Positions 47,791 to 55,885 of a DNA stretch of 64,000 bases are shown here, in pieces. This DNA comes from Candidatus Hecatella orcuttiae (GTDB lineage Archaea; Thermoproteota; Bathyarchaeia; Hecatellales; Hecatellaceae), in assembly GCA_002011035.2 (NCBI GenBank), contig MTLY02000003.1:512001-576000 (forward strand). Direction: 5' to 3'. The translations under genes and the position numbers were made by a program. Under the pieces are notes generated by a model that was given only the letters and a program-made list of their open reading frames with translations, had not been told where the DNA came from and did not search any database. Numbering within the stretch: position 1 is the first letter of the stretch; every line of letters starts with the position of its first letter.

Positions 47791-49860
47791 TCACCCTCCT
47801 AAGCCAAGCCAGACTAGGAGAACTATCAGAAGCGTCAGGCCTCCCATCAAGCCTACCGCGTAGTCGTTGAAGACTCCTGTGTGGGTTTTTCTGAGGCGGC
47901 TGTAGAGGGTGGTAACCCCTGAGGCCACGAGGCTGCTGAACCTGAGTAAACCGTGGAACTCCAGAACCCTGTGGGCTCGGTCGCTGAGCTTGAGGGCGGG
48001 GTCTACAAAAACCCGGTAGTAGGCTTGGTTTATGTACCATCTTCTGAGAAGGAAGACCTGAAGAGCCTTAAGTTCAGGCCGCCTTTCCACCCAAGCTTTC
48101 ACGTTCCACCTCCCCGCTACGTAGGCGTAGTAGGCAGGGATACCGCCCAAAGCCAGCATGAGGGTGGAGGTCAAGAGAACCAGCCACTCCCCCAGCGGAG
48201 AATGAGCCTCCATGGCTTCACCTCCCTCTAAGTGGGCGAGGGTTGAGAGAGAGGGGGAGAACATGGAAAGGAAACCCTCCAGCAGTAGGGGTGCAAGGGC
48301 TCCGATGGCCACGGTTATCAGGGCCAAGGCTAGGTATGGAATCCACATGAGGGGCGGAGCTTCATGGACATGGTGGCCCAGCTTTTCAGCCTTCTGAAGA
48401 TGGGCGCTCTTGCCTCCGAGGAAAACCAAGCCTACGACCCTTAGGCTGTAGAAGAAGGTTAACCCCACCGTCAGGGCTGCCAGAGTGTAGAGGAAGGGAG
48501 CTTGGGCGCTGGCTTGGAAGGCCTCCACCACAGACTTGAGGATTCCCTCCTTGCTCCAGAAGCCGCTGAGGGGAGGAACCCCGGCGAGGGCTAGGGCTCC
48601 GATGAACATGCTCAGGAAGGAGAAGGGCATAAGCCTCCTAAGCCCACCCATGTCGTCCATGAACCGGGACTCGCAGGCATGGGAGACGGAGCCGGAGGAA
48701 AGGAAGAGGGTGGCCTTAAACAGGGCGTGGCTGACTAGGTGGAAAAGAGCCGCAGCGAAGGCGGCTACCAAGGCGTCCCCTGTCAGGAATCCTGCTATGC
48801 CCAAGGCCAGCATCATGTAGCCTATCTGGCTGACGGTGGAGTAGGCCCATACCTTCTTGATCTCCCGGGAAACCACCGCTTGGGTTGCGGCTACAAAGGC
48901 GGTCAGAGCCCCTGCCCAAGCTACCGCTTGGAAGAAGACGATGAGGCTGGGCAGACCGGAGTGCATGGCTGAAAAGAATATGGGGAAAACCCTCGCCACC
49001 AAGTAAACTCCAGCCTTAACCATGGTGGCCGCGTGGATGAGGGCGCTGACCGAAGCCGGCCCGGCCATGGCGTCGGGAAGCCACTCCATGAGGGGAAGCT
49101 GCGCCGACTTACCCAAGGGCCCGCCGAGGAGAAAAAGGGCCGCAGGGATCAGCAGCCCCATTTCAGCCAGGCTTCGAGCCCACGCTAGGTTTCCTTGAAG
49201 CTCGAGGAAGCTGAAGGTTCCAGCCTGAGAGTAGATGAGGAAGATGGCGACTAGGAGGAAGATGTCTCCCACCTTGGTGGTGAGGAAGGCCTTCATGCCG
49301 CAGTGGGAGGGCGGATACTCCTCCGCTCCTTCACCGACCCACCTGGTTTTCCTGTCCTCAGGGCTGTCCCTGTGCCAGAACCCTATGAGGGCGTAGCTGC
49401 ACAGGCCTACGCCCTCCCAGCCGATGAAGAGGAGGAGAAGGTTATCGGCTAGGACGAGGAGGACCATGTTGCCGATGAAGAGGTTCATGAAAAACCAGTA
49501 CCTTGTAAGCGCCGGGTCCCCCCGCATGTAGCCGAGGCTGTAGACCATGATGAGGAGGCCTATCCAAGCTGCCACGTTGGCCATGAGGACGCTTAAGGGG
49601 TCCACCAGCATCCCTGCTTTAACCTGAACTCCCGCCACCCTGATCCACTCCACTGAAAGAGGGTAAAAGCCGGCGGAAGCCTCACCCTTCAACACTTGAG
49701 GATACCCGAGGAACATCAGAAAGGCCATGAAGGCTCCTAGGCCGGAGAAACCCACGGCGGCGTAGTCCCTGACCCGGGGGTGAATCCTAGCCAAGGCCGG
49801 GGTGAGAAGGGCTCCTAGGATGGGGAAGACCCAGCTAAGCCAAGGCGTATACTCCAACAT
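47791..49860 (-). CDS. NuoL/MrpA-like antiporter subunit
   Basis: WEGVGLCSYALIGFW, KSAQLPL..WLPDAMAGP, SALIHAATMVKAG, HALFKA, GFWSKE; long C-terminal lateral helix. Confidence 0.92.
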   Translation of the reverse strand: MLEYTPWLSWVFPILGALLTPALARIHPRVRDYAAVGFSGLGAFMAFLMFLGYPQVLKGEASAGFYPLSVEWIRVAGVQVKAGMLVDPLSVLMANVAAWIGLLIMVYSLGYMRGDPALTRYWFFMNLFIGNMVLLVLADNLLLLFIGWEGVGLCSYALIGFWHRDSPEDRKTRWVGEGAEEYPPSHCGMKAFLTTKVGDIFLLVAIFLIYSQAGTFSFLELQGNLAWARSLAEMGLLIPAALFLLGGPLGKSAQLPLMEWLPDAMAGPASVSALIHAATMVKAGVYLVARVFPIFFSAMHSGLPSLIVFFQAVAWAGALTAFVAATQAVVSREIKKVWAYSTVSQIGYMMLALGIAGFLTGDALVAAFAAALFHLVSHALFKATLFLSSGSVSHACESRFMDDMGGLRRLMPFSFLSMFIGALALAGVPPLSGFWSKEGILKSVVEAFQASAQAPFLYTLAALTVGLTFFYSLRVVGLVFLGGKSAHLQKAEKLGHHVHEAPPLMWIPYLALALITVAIGALAPLLLEGFLSMFSPSLSTLAHLEGGEAMEAHSPLGEWLVLLTSTLMLALGGIPAYYAYVAGRWNVKAWVERRPELKALQVFLLRRWYINQAYYRVFVDPALKLSDRAHRVLEFHGLLRFSSLVASGVTTLYSRLRKTHTGVFNDYAVGLMGGLTLLIVLLVWLGLGG

Positions 49861-49866
49861 TCAGCT

Positions 49867-51405
49867 CTAACCTCCCAACACCTGCTCAACGTAGTTGCCC
49901 GGATGTAAAGCCGCCTGCACAGCCGGCTCCACGAAGTTCAAGCCAAGCTGGGGGAACACTCCGAAAACAACAGCCGCCACCATCAGAGCGAGCATGGGAA
50001 CCAGCATCAGAGGGCCGGCTTCCCGAAGGTTTTCATGCTCCCGCCTAAGCTGGCCTAGGAAGACGCTGCGGAAGGCGTTCACTATGTAGGCTACGGCGAT
50101 AACGCTCATAACGGCTCCTAGGAGCACGTAGAAGATGAAAAGCGGCTGCCCTGTTTCAATGGCCGCCTTGAAGATGATCCACTTGCTGACAAAGCCGTTG
50201 AGGGGGGGAACCCCGGCTATTCCAAAGCCTCCGACGGCGAAGGCGCCCATGGTGAGGGGCATCTTCCTCCCCAGCCCGCCGAGCTTGGACATGTCCCTAA
50301 CTCCAGTTTGGTGGACGATGACCCCTGCGGCCAAGAAGAGAAGAGACTTCAAAACCGCGTGGTTGAGGAGATGGTACAGGCCCCCGGTGAGGCCTAGAAG
50401 GCTTCCGATCCCCACGCCGAAAAGGATGTAGCCGATGTTCATCACGCTGGAGAAGGCGAGCAGGCGTTTGATGTCGGTTTGGGCTAAAGCCATAAACCCT
50501 GAGAAAACCATGGTTACCACGCCTAGGGTGGAGAGGAAAATCAACAGCGCTTCTCCCGGCTGAACATGGTAGGCGGTGAACAGAACCCTGACCATGGCGT
50601 AGAGGCCGACCTTGATGTAGACTCCCGAAAGAATGGCGCTGATGGGGCTGGGAGCCGCGGGGTGAGCGTCGGGAAGCCAGGTGTGCATGGGGACAACGGC
50701 TGCCTTAACTCCGAAGCCCCAGATGAGAAGCGCCACGGCCAAGGGAGCCACTAAGGCGTTTCCCTCCAAGGTTCCAGGGAGAAACCTTTCCCCCGCGAGC
50801 CTCTGAGCTATGTCCGCCATGTTGAGGGTTCCTAGGGCGCCGTAGAGGAGGGCGATGCCGAGGAGAACCATGGAGGTAGCCGTAGCCCCCATGATGCAGT
50901 ATTTTATGCCGGCTTCAAGGCCTTCGTGGTCGAGGTTGAAGGCTACGAGGGCGTAGGTGGCGACGCTGGACAGCTCCAAGAAGACGAAGAGGTTGAAAAG
51001 GTCCCCGGTTAGGGTTATTCCCATCATGCCGCTTAGGATCAGCATGAGAAGCGCGTAGTAGTAGGTCTGCCCTCCCTCATGTTTCATGTATTCGATGGAG
51101 TAGAGAGCCGCCAGCATGGTGATCCCGGCTACCACCGCGGCTACAAACCCGTTGAGGGAATCCACAGCTAAAACGATGCCGAAGGGCGGCCTCCACCCAG
51201 CCATCTGGTGGGTGACAACTTGCCCGTCCATCACCGCGAAAAGGAGGGAGACCGTTAAGCTGAAGGTCACAGCCGTGGTTGCGAAGGCTGACCAAGCCTG
51301 AAGCCTAACTGGGACGAAGGAGCCCACGGCGACGAGGATAAATCCCGCAGCCAACGGGAGGATGATGGAGAACACTGGAAGCCATTCTAGGGGGATCACC
51401 GTCAA
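49867..51405 (-). CDS. mnhD: MnhD/MbhH antiporter subunit
   Basis: GWRPPFGI, TGDLFNLFVFLE, WLPDAHPAAP, GFVSKW. Confidence 0.92.
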   Translation of the reverse strand: MTVIPLEWLPVFSIILPLAAGFILVAVGSFVPVRLQAWSAFATTAVTFSLTVSLLFAVMDGQVVTHQMAGWRPPFGIVLAVDSLNGFVAAVVAGITMLAALYSIEYMKHEGGQTYYYALLMLILSGMMGITLTGDLFNLFVFLELSSVATYALVAFNLDHEGLEAGIKYCIMGATATSMVLLGIALLYGALGTLNMADIAQRLAGERFLPGTLEGNALVAPLAVALLIWGFGVKAAVVPMHTWLPDAHPAAPSPISAILSGVYIKVGLYAMVRVLFTAYHVQPGEALLIFLSTLGVVTMVFSGFMALAQTDIKRLLAFSSVMNIGYILFGVGIGSLLGLTGGLYHLLNHAVLKSLLFLAAGVIVHQTGVRDMSKLGGLGRKMPLTMGAFAVGGFGIAGVPPLNGFVSKWIIFKAAIETGQPLFIFYVLLGAVMSVIAVAYIVNAFRSVFLGQLRREHENLREAGPLMLVPMLALMVAAVVFGVFPQLGLNFVEPAVQAALHPGNYVEQVLGG

Positions 51406-51761
51406 CCGTGAAGCCTCCTAATTTTTCTCATGTCTAAGGTTCCGAAACGCTGGTAGATTTTCACAGCCAAGGCCAATGCGAAGGCGGCGATGCTCATGTT
51501 GATGACGATGGCGGTTAAGACCAGAGCTTGAGGCAGAGGGTCTACCGCCGCGGCTGTGAAGGCTGAGAAGTGTTCGATGCGTTCTTCGGTGAGGACGGGA
51601 GATATACCCCCAGCCCTGTAGCCTAGGCTGATGAAGAAGAGGTTCACTCCGTCGGCTAGGACGCCCATTCCCAAGATTATTTTGATGAGGTTTCTTTTTC
51701 GGAGGATGCAGTACAAGCCAAGCAGAATGATTACCATGGACACAGCGTAGGGAAAGTTCAC
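51402..51761 (-). CDS. mnhC: MnhC/MbhG subunit
   Basis: NLIKII, DPLPQALVLTAIVI. Confidence 0.93.
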   Translation of the reverse strand: MNFPYAVSMVIILLGLYCILRKRNLIKIILGMGVLADGVNLFFISLGYRAGGISPVLTEERIEHFSAFTAAAVDPLPQALVLTAIVINMSIAAFALALAVKIYQRFGTLDMRKIRRLHG

Positions 51762-51765
51762 CTCA

Positions 51766-52200
51766 TCACTTCCTCGCGAAGCAGTAGAACACTATCAGAA
51801 ACGCGGCGGCTACGTGGATGGCTTCCCCGATGTCGTAGAGCAGGAGGTTCCCTGAGCTGAAAAACTCGCTGGGAACCCCGAACAGGTAGACAGCCTCGTT
51901 TCTGAAGGGCCAGGAGAAAAACCAGAAGCCGAAGGTCAGCCCCAAAAGGCCCACCAGCAGAATCATCGCCGCGCCCAAGCCTCTGAGGCTGTCTCCAAAC
52001 CGGAAACCAAGCTTGCCCTCCATGAAGTCTAAGCCGAAGGCTAGGAGGAGAAGGAGGAAGGTGCTGCCCAGCATGACGCCGCCTTGGAAGCCTCCTCCCG
52101 GCGTGAGATGCCCGTGGAGGGCTACGGAGACCCCTACCAGCAGCATGGCCGGGGCGATAAGCCTGACCACGGTTTTAACGATGATGCTCATTCCTCTCAC
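51766..52200 (-). CDS. mnhB: MnhB/MbhF subunit
   Basis: HGHLTPGGGFQGG. Confidence 0.92.
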   Translation of the reverse strand: MRGMSIIVKTVVRLIAPAMLLVGVSVALHGHLTPGGGFQGGVMLGSTFLLLLLAFGLDFMEGKLGFRFGDSLRGLGAAMILLVGLLGLTFGFWFFSWPFRNEAVYLFGVPSEFFSSGNLLLYDIGEAIHVAAAFLIVFYCFARK

Positions 52201-52465
52201 TTTTTACCATCCTCCTAAAGAGGGTGACAACCCCCAGCACAGCCGCGAAGAGCACAGCTGTCTCCCCTAGAGTGTCGTAGCCTCGGTACTCCCAGATGAT
52301 AGCCTGCACGCTGTTCCAGGCTTTGACCTCCTCAAGACTCCGCTCCACATAATACTGACCCACCGGAAAGGGATGCGCGCCGAAGGGGGGAAGATAGAAG
52401 GCTGCGATCAGGATCAGAGTGAAGCTCACCGCTGCCAGAAAAGAAAACTCCACAAGCCTCCTCAA
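52175..52465 (-). CDS. MbhE-like subunit
   Basis: NSVQAIIWEYRGYDTLGE..VLF. Confidence 0.88.
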   Translation of the reverse strand: MRRLVEFSFLAAVSFTLILIAAFYLPPFGAHPFPVGQYYVERSLEEVKAWNSVQAIIWEYRGYDTLGETAVLFAAVLGVVTLFRRMVKSERNEHHR

Positions 52466-52467
52466 AC

Positions 52468-52722
52468 CTACTCCTCCTCCATTCTCGAAGTCCTCATCAG
52501 CACAGCCACGAAAAGAGCGGTGAGAATGCCGGCTCCGATGGTAACCTGGGTTAGGGCGATGTCCGGGGCTTTCAGCATGAAGAACAGGAAAGCCAGCAGA
52601 ATGCTTTGAACAGCCGCCACGACAACCGCGTAAAGCAAGTCTTTGAGCTCGATGAAAACCAGTATGAGGAAAACCATGACGATGAGGAGAAAGTTGAAGA
52701 CTACGCCCGGCGGCTCAAACAT
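52468..52722 (-). CDS. MbhD/DUF4040 subunit
   Basis: KDLLYAV, APDIALTQVTIGAG. Confidence 0.88.
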   Translation of the reverse strand: MFEPPGVVFNFLLIVMVFLILVFIELKDLLYAVVVAAVQSILLAFLFFMLKAPDIALTQVTIGAGILTALFVAVLMRTSRMEEE

Positions 52723-53059
52723 CTTTCTCCCCCTCCTTCAGCATGTCGCACACCGACCTAGGCCAGAGGGGCACCCTGCTTTTATGGGCGGCTCTCAGAA
52801 TCGCATGGGACCCAACCGGGGAAGTGAAAAAAATAACCGCGGCGATGATGAGGACTTTCAGGCTGGAGATGGGGTTTGAGGCTCCGAGGAAGAGGGCGAG
52901 GCCGAAGACGGTTACCACGGCTCCCCCGATCACGCTCACCGTGGCCGCGTGCATCCGAGTGTAGGCGTCGGGAAGCCTGAGAAGCCCCAGGGCTCCTACG
53001 AAGGAGGCGAAGATCCCCAAGGAGATTATTCCGCATCCCAGGGCTTGAAGCCAGGTCAG
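52715..53059 (-). CDS. mnhG: MnhG/MbhC subunit
   Basis: GLLRLPDAYTRMHA, TSPVGSHAI. The first TM helix begins at CTG 53059, overlapping the mnhF TGA. Confidence 0.9.
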   Translation of the reverse strand: MTWLQALGCGIISLGIFASFVGALGLLRLPDAYTRMHAATVSVIGGAVVTVFGLALFLGASNPISSLKVLIIAAVIFFTSPVGSHAILRAAHKSRVPLWPRSVCDMLKEGEKDV

Positions 53060-53331
53060 TCTCCCAGCCCCCTTTTTTCAAGGTACTTGGAAATCGCCAG
53101 CGTCCCGATGAAGGAAAGGAAGACGAGGAGAAGAGCCACGTCGAGCATGATGGCTTCCTCGTGGTAGACGCCCAGCAAAACCATGAGGGCCACAATCATG
53201 CTTACAGCCGTGTCCCCGGCTAAGACCCGGTCGGGGGCGGTGGGGCCTCGGAGAACCCTGTAGAAGACGAGGCAGAGGCTTACCACCAGGCCGAACAGAG
53301 CTGCCAGCAGGAAGGTTTGAAAGGCGTCCAT
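53056..53331 (-). CDS. mnhF: MnhF/MbhB subunit
   Basis: RVLRGPTAPDRVLAGD, LDVAL, FIGTLAISKYL; ATG 53331 overlaps the mnhE stop. Confidence 0.92.
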   Translation of the reverse strand: MDAFQTFLLAALFGLVVSLCLVFYRVLRGPTAPDRVLAGDTAVSMIVALMVLLGVYHEEAIMLDVALLLVFLSFIGTLAISKYLEKRGLGD

Positions 53332-53867
53332 CAACTGAAAAACCTCTTGGTGTATTCCTCGAATTTTGAGCTGATTTCCCTCCGGCAGACTTGGGGGTCG
53401 AGGCTTAGGACGTCGATCCAGTGGACGTAGTAGCATTTCTCCGCCTCGTCCACCTCCACCGTCACTGTTCCCGGAGTATTGGTGATGGAGTTTGCCACGC
53501 AGACTATCCCGCAGTCAGACTGGGTGGTGTAGGGAACCTTAACTATTCCCGGCCGAATGGGTAGGCTGGGGCTGAGTATCCGCTTGATGACGCTGAAGTG
53601 CGCCTTCACCTCCGCGTAAAACCAGTAGTAGACAAAGTAGACAACGGCCCAAAACCACTTGGCAGGGTCAACCTTATCGCGGACGCCGCCGGAAACCATC
53701 AGGCGGGAGGTGAAAAAAGCCACCAGCAAGCTGGAGAGGGCGCCTACCAGCAGCTCATCCGCAGCGAACACGCCCACCAAGGCGCACCACAATCCGAAGA
53801 GGACGATGAAGACGAGGAAAAGACGGGTTAAGCCTTGGAGTCTCCCAGCCCCATAGGTTCCCTTCAA
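53331..53867 (-). CDS. mnhE: MnhE/MbhA subunit
   Basis: PGIVKVP, ANSITNTPGT, YVHWI. Confidence 0.92.
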   Translation of the reverse strand: MKGTYGAGRLQGLTRLFLVFIVLFGLWCALVGVFAADELLVGALSSLLVAFFTSRLMVSGGVRDKVDPAKWFWAVVYFVYYWFYAEVKAHFSVIKRILSPSLPIRPGIVKVPYTTQSDCGIVCVANSITNTPGTVTVEVDEAEKCYYVHWIDVLSLDPQVCRREISSKFEEYTKRFFS

Positions 53868-54055
53868 CAGTCACCCCAGCCACGCGGCGAATTTGGACTT
53901 TAATAGCTAGTTCAAGGTAAATTAAAATTTGCCCTTATAACTCTGATGGACTAAAGAGTTCGACCGGTTTGTTGTCATAAAAATTTATATTATTATCTGT
54001 CATTCGCTGATGGGAACTTCCCTAAAAGAATAAACCCGGAAAAATCACGCTGAAG

Positions 54056-54071
54056 TTTTTTATAAAAAAAA
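54056..54071 (-). terminator. T-tract terminator after the fwd operon
   Basis: TTTTTTATAAAAAAAA immediately after the fwdC-mch stop; reads as a T-run on either strand. Confidence 0.55.
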
Positions 54072-54073
54072 GT

Positions 54074-55879
54074 TTAGGGTGTTTTTAGGAGAGCGAGGGA
54101 GCGTTTGAGGATGGGGGCGCTGATCTTGCCGGCCGTGAAGGTGTTTCCTGTCTTCACGTTGTGGAGGGTGATCTTGGCGGGCGCGAAGAGGCCGGGGTCT
54201 ATCTTGTAGAAGTCGCCTCCCGCCTCCTTGAAAGTCTCATAGAAGGGTTTCCCGTAGTCCCTGGAAGCGATGGAGGGAGCCTCGTCGATGATGTTGATGA
54301 TTTCGTCGTCGGTTTTGCAGGCTACCTCATAGTAGACGTCGCCGCCGTAGAGGATCATGTCGTTGGTGATGCCCATGGCCACCTCGCTCTTGGGGTGCAC
54401 GGGGGCTATGGGAGCTGAGCCTTTCCCCTTTAGGATTTTGTTGGGGTTGAAGCCCAGTTCGGTGAGTTTGTGGATGCCTGTCTCCACCACCCTCCCGGCT
54501 ATCTGAACTGAGCCCACGAGGCTGGAGGTGGAGGCTATGAGCACGTACAAGCCCTCCAAGGGGACGTTGCAAGTTTCAGCCATCAGCTTCAACGCTGACT
54601 CCGTGGGAAGGCTGTCGGCTTCCAGCAGGATCACAGCAACCTTGGCTTCATCCTTGTAACAGAGCTTCTGGTAGAGCTTTTTAGGCTGGAGGGAAAGCGC
54701 CCTCGCCGGGCCGGAGCCCATGGCGAAATAGTCCTCCGTCTTGATGGCCCATCCTGCAAACTGAGCCCCCAGCGTGGCTACGGCCGGGTGGCCTGTGGTC
54801 GTCTCGTAGAGAGTCGGCAGCTCCAAGTCTTCACCGTATTTCTCCCTGCCGATGGATATCTCAGCCAAGTTGCCTAGGCAAATGAGGGTCACGATCTTCC
54901 CCGCTTCTTCGCTGCCTTTGGCTTTAAGGCCTACGTCCACCACCACGGCTCCTGAACTGTGCTTGGTAACTTGGACTCCCAGCCTCTCCGCTTCGTTGAT
55001 GAGCTTCTCCACCAAGGGAACGGTCAGCTGGTTGACGCTGACTCCTTCGGGGAAGACTTCCCCTTCAGGGTTGAGGCGGCGGTTTCGACATCGTGAAACG
55101 AAGAGCTTCCCGCTGCCTCCTTCGAGGCTGTCCCCGGTGTAGACGTAGAAGGACGCGGGAATCTTCTCAGCTCCCACCTTGGCTTTGTCCTTTATCTCCG
55201 TGTAGGTGAAGCTGGGAAGAATCTCAGCGACCTCTCCCTGAACGATGATGCGCCCTCCTTTCATGGCAGCGCCGACGCGGGGGCCGCAGTTTCCCTTGAC
55301 GAGGATAACTCCGTCCTGCATCCTGTGGCCTAAAAACTGGCCTGCATTCCCATCCACGGAGATGACTCCGCCTCTCATCCAGAGACCCGCATGGGTGCCG
55401 GTGTTGCCGTGGACGATGATGGAGCCGTTGAGCATGCCTTCTTGAACCCCTCGGTAGGGGGCTGCCAAGTAGTCGCCGGTGTTACCGAAGACTTCAATCT
55501 GGCCGCCGGCCATCATGGAGCCAGTCCAAGAGGCAGCGTTGCCCTTCACCGTTATGGAGCCGCCGGCCATCTCCTCCCCCAGATAGAAGCCGACGTTTCC
55601 CTCCACCACAAGCTTGCCGCCGTCCATTCCCTTCCCCACATACCTGAACTTGGAAAGGTCCCCTTTCAGGGTGACATCGCATTGGCTGGAGTCGGCGGCA
55701 GGCTCACCTTGGACTTTCACATCGAAGAACTCTCCCAGCTTAGCCGACCGTCCGCCTTCTAGGAGAGGAAGCTCCTCAATTTCTCCGCTGGATTTTCCGG
55801 CGAAGGCTTTCGGCGACAAGGCCTCCGCGAACACGGGAACTTTTGGGGCTTTTTTCAGTTGAAGTTTGATCTCCACCAA
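54074..55879 (-). CDS. Fusion of formylmethanofuran dehydrogenase subunit C (N-terminal) and methenyl-H4MPT cyclohydrolase Mch (C-terminal)
   Basis: About aa 1-270: GxxMxxG beta-helix repeats, YRG...GM, EILPSF (FwdC). From about aa 280: VSVNQL, VDVG, QFAGW, MGSGPARAL, LEAD.LP, TSSLVGSVQIAGRVVETGIHK, MGITNDMILYGG, DFYKIDPGLFAPA (Mch). No stop codon between the halves. Confidence 0.93.
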   Translation of the reverse strand: MVEIKLQLKKAPKVPVFAEALSPKAFAGKSSGEIEELPLLEGGRSAKLGEFFDVKVQGEPAADSSQCDVTLKGDLSKFRYVGKGMDGGKLVVEGNVGFYLGEEMAGGSITVKGNAASWTGSMMAGGQIEVFGNTGDYLAAPYRGVQEGMLNGSIIVHGNTGTHAGLWMRGGVISVDGNAGQFLGHRMQDGVILVKGNCGPRVGAAMKGGRIIVQGEVAEILPSFTYTEIKDKAKVGAEKIPASFYVYTGDSLEGGSGKLFVSRCRNRRLNPEGEVFPEGVSVNQLTVPLVEKLINEAERLGVQVTKHSSGAVVVDVGLKAKGSEEAGKIVTLICLGNLAEISIGREKYGEDLELPTLYETTTGHPAVATLGAQFAGWAIKTEDYFAMGSGPARALSLQPKKLYQKLCYKDEAKVAVILLEADSLPTESALKLMAETCNVPLEGLYVLIASTSSLVGSVQIAGRVVETGIHKLTELGFNPNKILKGKGSAPIAPVHPKSEVAMGITNDMILYGGDVYYEVACKTDDEIINIIDEAPSIASRDYGKPFYETFKEAGGDFYKIDPGLFAPAKITLHNVKTGNTFTAGKISAPILKRSLALLKTP

Positions 55880-55885
55880 AACTTT

